This document shows positions 59,799-64,000 of a stretch of DNA of 64,000 nt, piece after piece. The notes beneath the pieces are model-generated. The model was given only the letters and a program-made list of their open reading frames with translations, searched no databases and had not been told where the DNA came from. Position 1 is the first letter of the stretch; every line of letters starts with the position of its first letter. Source of the DNA: an uncultured Bacillota bacterium (GTDB lineage Bacteria > Sysuimicrobiota > Sysuimicrobiia > Sysuimicrobiales > Segetimicrobiaceae); the NCBI GenBank assembly GCA_963804645.1, contig CAWDRG010000017.1:672001-736000 (forward strand), given 5' to 3'. Both the position numbers and the translations under genes were made by a program.

Positions 59799-61130
59799 AT
59801 GCATCGCGTGCTCTCCGCCTTGGCAGCCGCGGCGGTCTGGTCGCTGGCGCTCAGCGTTGGCTGCGGAGCGGCGCCGGTCGCACCGGCCGATCGTGTCGTC
59901 TACGTTGACGGCTCGTCGGAAAAATTGTGCCAACTCGTCGGCGAAACCGATCGGCAGTCTGGTCAATCGACGGCCAACCGAACGGCCACACGATTCGGGT
60001 TGATCGGCAGCGACCTCGGCTATTCATTCGAGCACGACGGGAAGCTATTCTTTCTGTTCGGTGACTCAGTGCCGACCCCCAAATTCCGCGGGCGACCCAA
60101 CGGTCCCACAGATCCGCCCCGCACGCGTGACGATAACGACGCCATCGCGTTCACGTCGGATACTGCATCGGACAGGTGCCCAACGCTCGAGTTCATCCGC
60201 AACGCGATCGGTGCCTACAAGAACCCAGTCGTCCTGAACGCCCAGGATCGGCCGGTCATCACGCTCGCGGGCGACGAGGTCCCGACCGCAGGCATCAGTG
60301 AGAACGGGCGGATGTACGTGATCTTCGGGACGGATAGCCCCACGCACTTCGAAAAGCCCCCGAACCACCTTGTCTTTGCCACGCGCACGGTAATGGCGGT
60401 GTCGGACGACGACGCGAATACGTGGCGCTACTTATATGATTTCTCGAAGGGACCCGATGCGAAGTTCATCAACACGGCGATCGCCGAGGGGGCAGACGGG
60501 TATCTCTACTTCTGGGGGACCCGGGGGGGTCCGTTCTACTACAAGAGCCCCGCGTTCATGGCGCGCATGCAGGCCGCCGACCTTGGTAGACTTGACGGCG
60601 CGCAGTCGTTGGAGTACCTCGCGGACGTGAGTGCAGACGGGCGCCCGCGGTTCTCCAAGTCCGAGGCCGATGCCGCGCCGCTCTTCCACGACTATCTGCA
60701 GGACGCTTCCCAACCACACGACTGCATGGGCGAACTCGGCGTCCACTGGAACGGGTTCGTCAAGCGCTGGGTGATGCTGTACAACTGTCTGAACGACACG
60801 CCCGGGGCGCCTCGCGGGATCCGGATGCGCGTGTCGGAGCGGCCGTGGGGACCGTGGAGTGCGCCGCAGACGATCTTTAGTCCGGACAGGGATCGCGGAT
60901 ACTGCGTCTTCATGCACCGGGCGGTGGACGCCCGCAATCCGAAGCCGTGCGACGACCTGGCCGGGCCGGACCGGGCGGGCGTGTCGGGCCGCGCGTACGG
61001 GCCGTACGTCATCTCCCGCTTCACCACCGGCGACGCCGCCCAGGGCACCTCGACGTTGTACTACACGATGTCGACCTGGAACCCGTACACCCAGGTCATC
61101 ATGAGGAGCACCATCCGGCTCTCACCATAG
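59799..61130 (+). CDS. Secreted/lipoprotein DUF4185-like protein (GH183-like beta-propeller)
   Basis: Signal ending LSVGC, GSDLG, LFGD, PWGPWS, YGPY, MSTWNPY. Confidence 0.72.
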   Translation: MHRVLSALAAAAVWSLALSVGCGAAPVAPADRVVYVDGSSEKLCQLVGETDRQSGQSTANRTATRFGLIGSDLGYSFEHDGKLFFLFGDSVPTPKFRGRPNGPTDPPRTRDDNDAIAFTSDTASDRCPTLEFIRNAIGAYKNPVVLNAQDRPVITLAGDEVPTAGISENGRMYVIFGTDSPTHFEKPPNHLVFATRTVMAVSDDDANTWRYLYDFSKGPDAKFINTAIAEGADGYLYFWGTRGGPFYYKSPAFMARMQAADLGRLDGAQSLEYLADVSADGRPRFSKSEADAAPLFHDYLQDASQPHDCMGELGVHWNGFVKRWVMLYNCLNDTPGAPRGIRMRVSERPWGPWSAPQTIFSPDRDRGYCVFMHRAVDARNPKPCDDLAGPDRAGVSGRAYGPYVISRFTTGDAAQGTSTLYYTMSTWNPYTQVIMRSTIRLSP

Positions 61131-61339
61131 AGCTCGAACGTCGCGAACCCTCGACGAGGACTCGAGCACTCGCGACCCCCCGGTCTTCCTCGATGGCCCG
61201 ATGCTCGCCCGCGCGCGGTCTCCGGTTCCGACCAGTTGGCCTGGGATCGGGATCGACCGGGTCGGCGGCGTCCGAGGCATGCCCATCGACACCGGGAAAG
61301 GCCCCGCCGCAAGACAGAGAAAGAACAGCGGGTGCCCGG

Positions 61340-61590
61340 GCAGTGCCGCCAGCGGCCTCGGCAAGGCGGCCGAGGTCCACGCCCGTTCCGGTTCCCAGGC
61401 CGTCGAGCATGGAGACGAGATCCCTGGTGGCCACGTTGCGCGACGTGCTCCGAGCATGCGGCCACCCCCCGAGCCTCCCGGCCGAAGCGTCGACGACCGT
61501 CACCCCGCAGGCACGCGCCGCCAGCACCTTCGCGAGGCCCATGCCGCGGGTGTTGTGAGAGCGCACGGCCAGGACCCGCACGGGGAGCTC
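61340..61590 (-). pseudogene. Hydroxymethylglutaryl-CoA lyase C-terminal remnant
   Basis: HNTRGMGLA, DASAGRLGGWP, NVATRDLVSML, TGVDL are degenerate versions of HMGL motifs; N-terminus absent. Confidence 0.7.
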
Positions 61591-61868
61591 CTCCGACGGG
61601 TACACTACGTCCTCGGGTGCAAGACGTGTGATGGATCCCGAGGAGGCGGCAGTCATTCGCCGAATCGTTGAAATCTACCAGAACGGCCTCTCCACCCCGC
61701 ACCACGACCTCCACGTGGACGTACGCTCATGGGATGGCCCTCAACCACAACCAACGGCTGTCGCAAGAAGGCGAACGGTACCCGCAATAGTCCGCTGTAC
61801 ATTGGCCACGTGGTCTGGCGTCGATTAGGAAGACGTCGTCGTCTAAAGCATGATTCTCGCGGGGCTAT

Positions 61869-62020
61869 CTAGTGCTACAAAGTCACATTTAGGATGAGTC
61901 ATTGTTGATCACGCCGAGCACGAATTGGCCGCACACGATGCAGCGACCGGTCCAGGTCTTCAGGAGATACTGTAGTTGCGCCCGCACCTGCGGGACGGTG
62001 GGGACGCGCGCCGTTTTTTT
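61869..62020 (-). mobile_element. Probable IS701-family 3' end remnant
   Basis: Minus strand reads KKTARVPTVPQVRAQLQYLLKTWTGRCIVCGQ...* then GTGACTTTGTAGCA-CTAG. Confidence 0.45.
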
Positions 62021-62450
62021 GTGCGAAACCACAGCTGATGCCGGCGCCCGTCCCACCGGAAGCCGAGCGCAGCGCGCAGCGCACCGCGCCCGGGGACTGT
62101 ACGCGCCATCGCGTCCTCGCGGTGTTGAAGGCGCTAGCCCGTCATCTCCGCGGCCGGCGCGCGATCTTGATCTGGGATCAGCTGCCGGCGCACAAAAGTG
62201 TGTTGGTCCGCGACTGGCTCGCCGCGCAACGCCCCTGGCTGCAGGTCGAGTGGCTCCCCGGGTACGCGCCGGAGCTGAACCCCGCCGAACCCATGTGGAG
62301 TAACGTCAAGGGGACGGAGTTGGCGAACCGCTGCTCCGATGATCTGGCTGATGCCGCCTCGGCCCTCCGGCGCGGCATGCGCCGCGCGCGCCGGTCCCGC
62401 ACCCTCGCGTGGGCGTTCCTGCGCCATACCGGCCTTTCTTCTTTATCGAG
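62021..62450 (+). pseudogene. IS630 transposase DDE domain, C-terminal part
   Basis: ILIWDQLPAHKS, WLPGYAPELNPAEPMW, FLRHTGL; first catalytic Asp region missing. Confidence 0.85.
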
Positions 62451-62475
62451 TTGTCACTGTATTATACGAGACTCA

Positions 62476-63288
62476 TTAGGTGAACTTCGCGATCCCCAAC
62501 GAATACCCGCCGTCGACGAACAGCACCGCGCCGGTCATGTAGCTGGCCTCCGGGCTCGCGAGAAACGCGACGACCGACGCGATCTCCTCGACCCCGCCGG
62601 TCCGGCCGAGGGGGATCCGGTCCATCTGCGCCCGGCGCTGCACCTGCTTCACCGGATCGCTCATGCTCGCCGTTTCGCGCTCCGTCATCACCACGCCGGG
62701 CGCCACCACGCATACGCGAAACCCGTAGGGGGCGAGCTCGATCGCGATCACGCGGGACATCTGGTTGATCGCCGCCTTCGACGCCTGGTACTGGAGGTTG
62801 TTCGGCCGCGCGACCTCGCTGCTCGCCGACGAGATGTTGATGATGACGCCCGGCCGCCCGGCCGCGATCGCTCGCTTCGCGAAGCGCTGCGAGCACAGAA
62901 ACACCCCGCGCACGTTCGTCTCCATCGCCCGATCAAAGTTCTCCACGGTCACGTCGAGAAACGGGGTCGGGACGTTGAAGATCACCGCCGCGTTGTTCAC
63001 TAAGCAATCCGCGTGACCGAACTCGCGGTAGGCCGCGTCGAGCAGGGACTCGACCTCGGACGGAGACCGGACGTCGCACCGCACGCCGATCGCCCGCACG
63101 CCGGTCGACGCGAGCTGCTGGGCGGCCTGGGCCACCTCCGCCTCGAGAATATCGGCGAGCACGACGCTGTAGCCGCGCTCGCCCAGCATGCGGGCGATGC
63201 CGTAGCCGATCCCGCGCGCGGCGCCGGTCACGATCGCGACGCTTCCCGCGGCTGCGTCCGTGGCCTGCGAGTGCTGGGGTGTCGTCAC
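62476..63288 (-). CDS. SDR family oxidoreductase
   Basis: TGAARGIG, NNAA, YQASK, APG, VDGG. Confidence 0.92.
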   Translation of the reverse strand: MTTPQHSQATDAAAGSVAIVTGAARGIGYGIARMLGERGYSVVLADILEAEVAQAAQQLASTGVRAIGVRCDVRSPSEVESLLDAAYREFGHADCLVNNAAVIFNVPTPFLDVTVENFDRAMETNVRGVFLCSQRFAKRAIAAGRPGVIINISSASSEVARPNNLQYQASKAAINQMSRVIAIELAPYGFRVCVVAPGVVMTERETASMSDPVKQVQRRAQMDRIPLGRTGGVEEIASVVAFLASPEASYMTGAVLFVDGGYSLGIAKFT

Positions 63289-63395
63289 CGCCGCCTCCTC
63301 ATCACGTCAACGCGTGGGCCGCGAGCCGCCCCGCCGGCGGCGGTCCGCGGGTCCCCGGTCTGGCGCGGCGCGGTCCCGCCGCAGGCTCGAACGAG

Positions 63396-64000
63396 TTACC
63401 AGCCGACGGCGTACGCCATGCGCCGTGGATCGGCGCCTCCGGCCAACACCCCTTCCGACCGGTCCAGGGCGGCCGCGCACACGGCGCCGGCGCCCGGCGC
63501 CCAGGCGGGCCACGCGGCGACCCGGTGGCCCATCGCCCCGAGAGCGTCCCGCACGGCCGGCGCGATGCGCGCCTCCGCGCGAAGCGCTCCGGGGTCGTAG
63601 GGATGCGGGTGTGACGATCCGGGGAAGCTGTAGGACGCGACCCTCGGCGCCTCGATCGCCTCCTGCACGTCCATCCCGTGGTCGAGCAGGTTGACGAGGA
63701 ACTGCACCATCGCCTGCGGCTGGACGTCGAGCCCCGGCGTCCCGTACGGCATGAACACGTGGCCGTCTTTCATGACCAAGCCCGGACTGGGGCTGAGGCG
63801 GGGCCGCTTGCCCGGCGCGATGGCACTCGGGTGCGCAGGATCCGCCCACGACTGGTGACCGCGGCCCGACACGATAAACCCGTACCCCGGCACCAGCGGC
63901 GTCCCGCCGACCCCGTCGCTCGGCGTCGCCGAAAACGCGTTCCCATCCCGGTCGAGGACACACAGGTAGCTGGTGTCCGGGGGCTGCGGTCCGCGGAGGG
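63396..64000 (-). CDS. Gamma-glutamyltransferase family protein (3' part, cut by window edge)
   Basis: DTSYLCVLDRDGN, PGKRPRLSPSP, GTPG, GGADPRR. Confidence 0.9.
   Translation of the reverse strand, partial: LRGPQPPDTSYLCVLDRDGNAFSATPSDGVGGTPLVPGYGFIVSGRGHQSWADPAHPSAIAPGKRPRLSPSPGLVMKDGHVFMPYGTPGLDVQPQAMVQFLVNLLDHGMDVQEAIEAPRVASYSFPGSSHPHPYDPGALRAEARIAPAVRDALGAMGHRVAAWPAWAPGAGAVCAAALDRSEGVLAGGADPRRMAYAVGW

Larger units (their letters stand above)
59159..62476 (+). mobile_element. IS630-family-derived element carrying cargo (non-autonomous)
   Basis: IRL ATGAATCTCGCATAGTATAGT (59159-59179) and IRR 62456-62476 match at 17/21; TA on both sides (59157-58, 62477-78); transposase halves at each end. 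Confidence 0.85.

Noticed and set aside
59723..61872. CTAG at 59723 and 61869 as a target duplication around the cargo
   Set aside because: No matching inverted repeats inside them, and the IS701-like end at 61869 points away from the cargo

Overview
A very GC-rich bacterial window, probably from a metagenome or long-read assembly. About 50 genes form one catabolic island for peptides, amides and N-substituted or D-amino acids, with no recognisable transcription regulator. The island is built from expanded paralog sets: 6 PA-domain M28 peptidases (3 canonical GEE-type, 3 with GHSH in place of GEE), 2 tandem M20 peptidases, 5 ketopantoate-reductase-family proteins, 5 DAO-family FAD oxidoreductases, 3 ornithine cyclodeaminase/mu-crystallin proteins, 3 family-5 ABC binding proteins, 2 cytoplasmic CapA-family proteins, 2 gamma-glutamyltransferases, 3 SDRs, 2 D-2-hydroxyacid dehydrogenases and 2 Gfo/Idh/MocA proteins. 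Single genes encode a hydantoinase, an amidase, an enolase-superfamily enzyme, an orphan Mo-hydroxylase large subunit, a ThDP enzyme, a CoA ligase, a crotonase, and an uncharacterised PLP enzyme coupled to a YunC-like gene. Genes at about 30.3-37.3 kb carry many single-base frameshifts, either sequencing error or decay. Near the right end is a 3.3 kb IS630-derived element (21-bp inverted repeats, TA duplication) inserted in an SDR stop codon. Its transposase is split by cargo: a secreted DUF4185-like gene, an HMG-CoA lyase remnant and a probable IS701 end. I saw no rRNA, tRNA or CRISPR array. All family calls come from reading motifs by eye, not from database searches.
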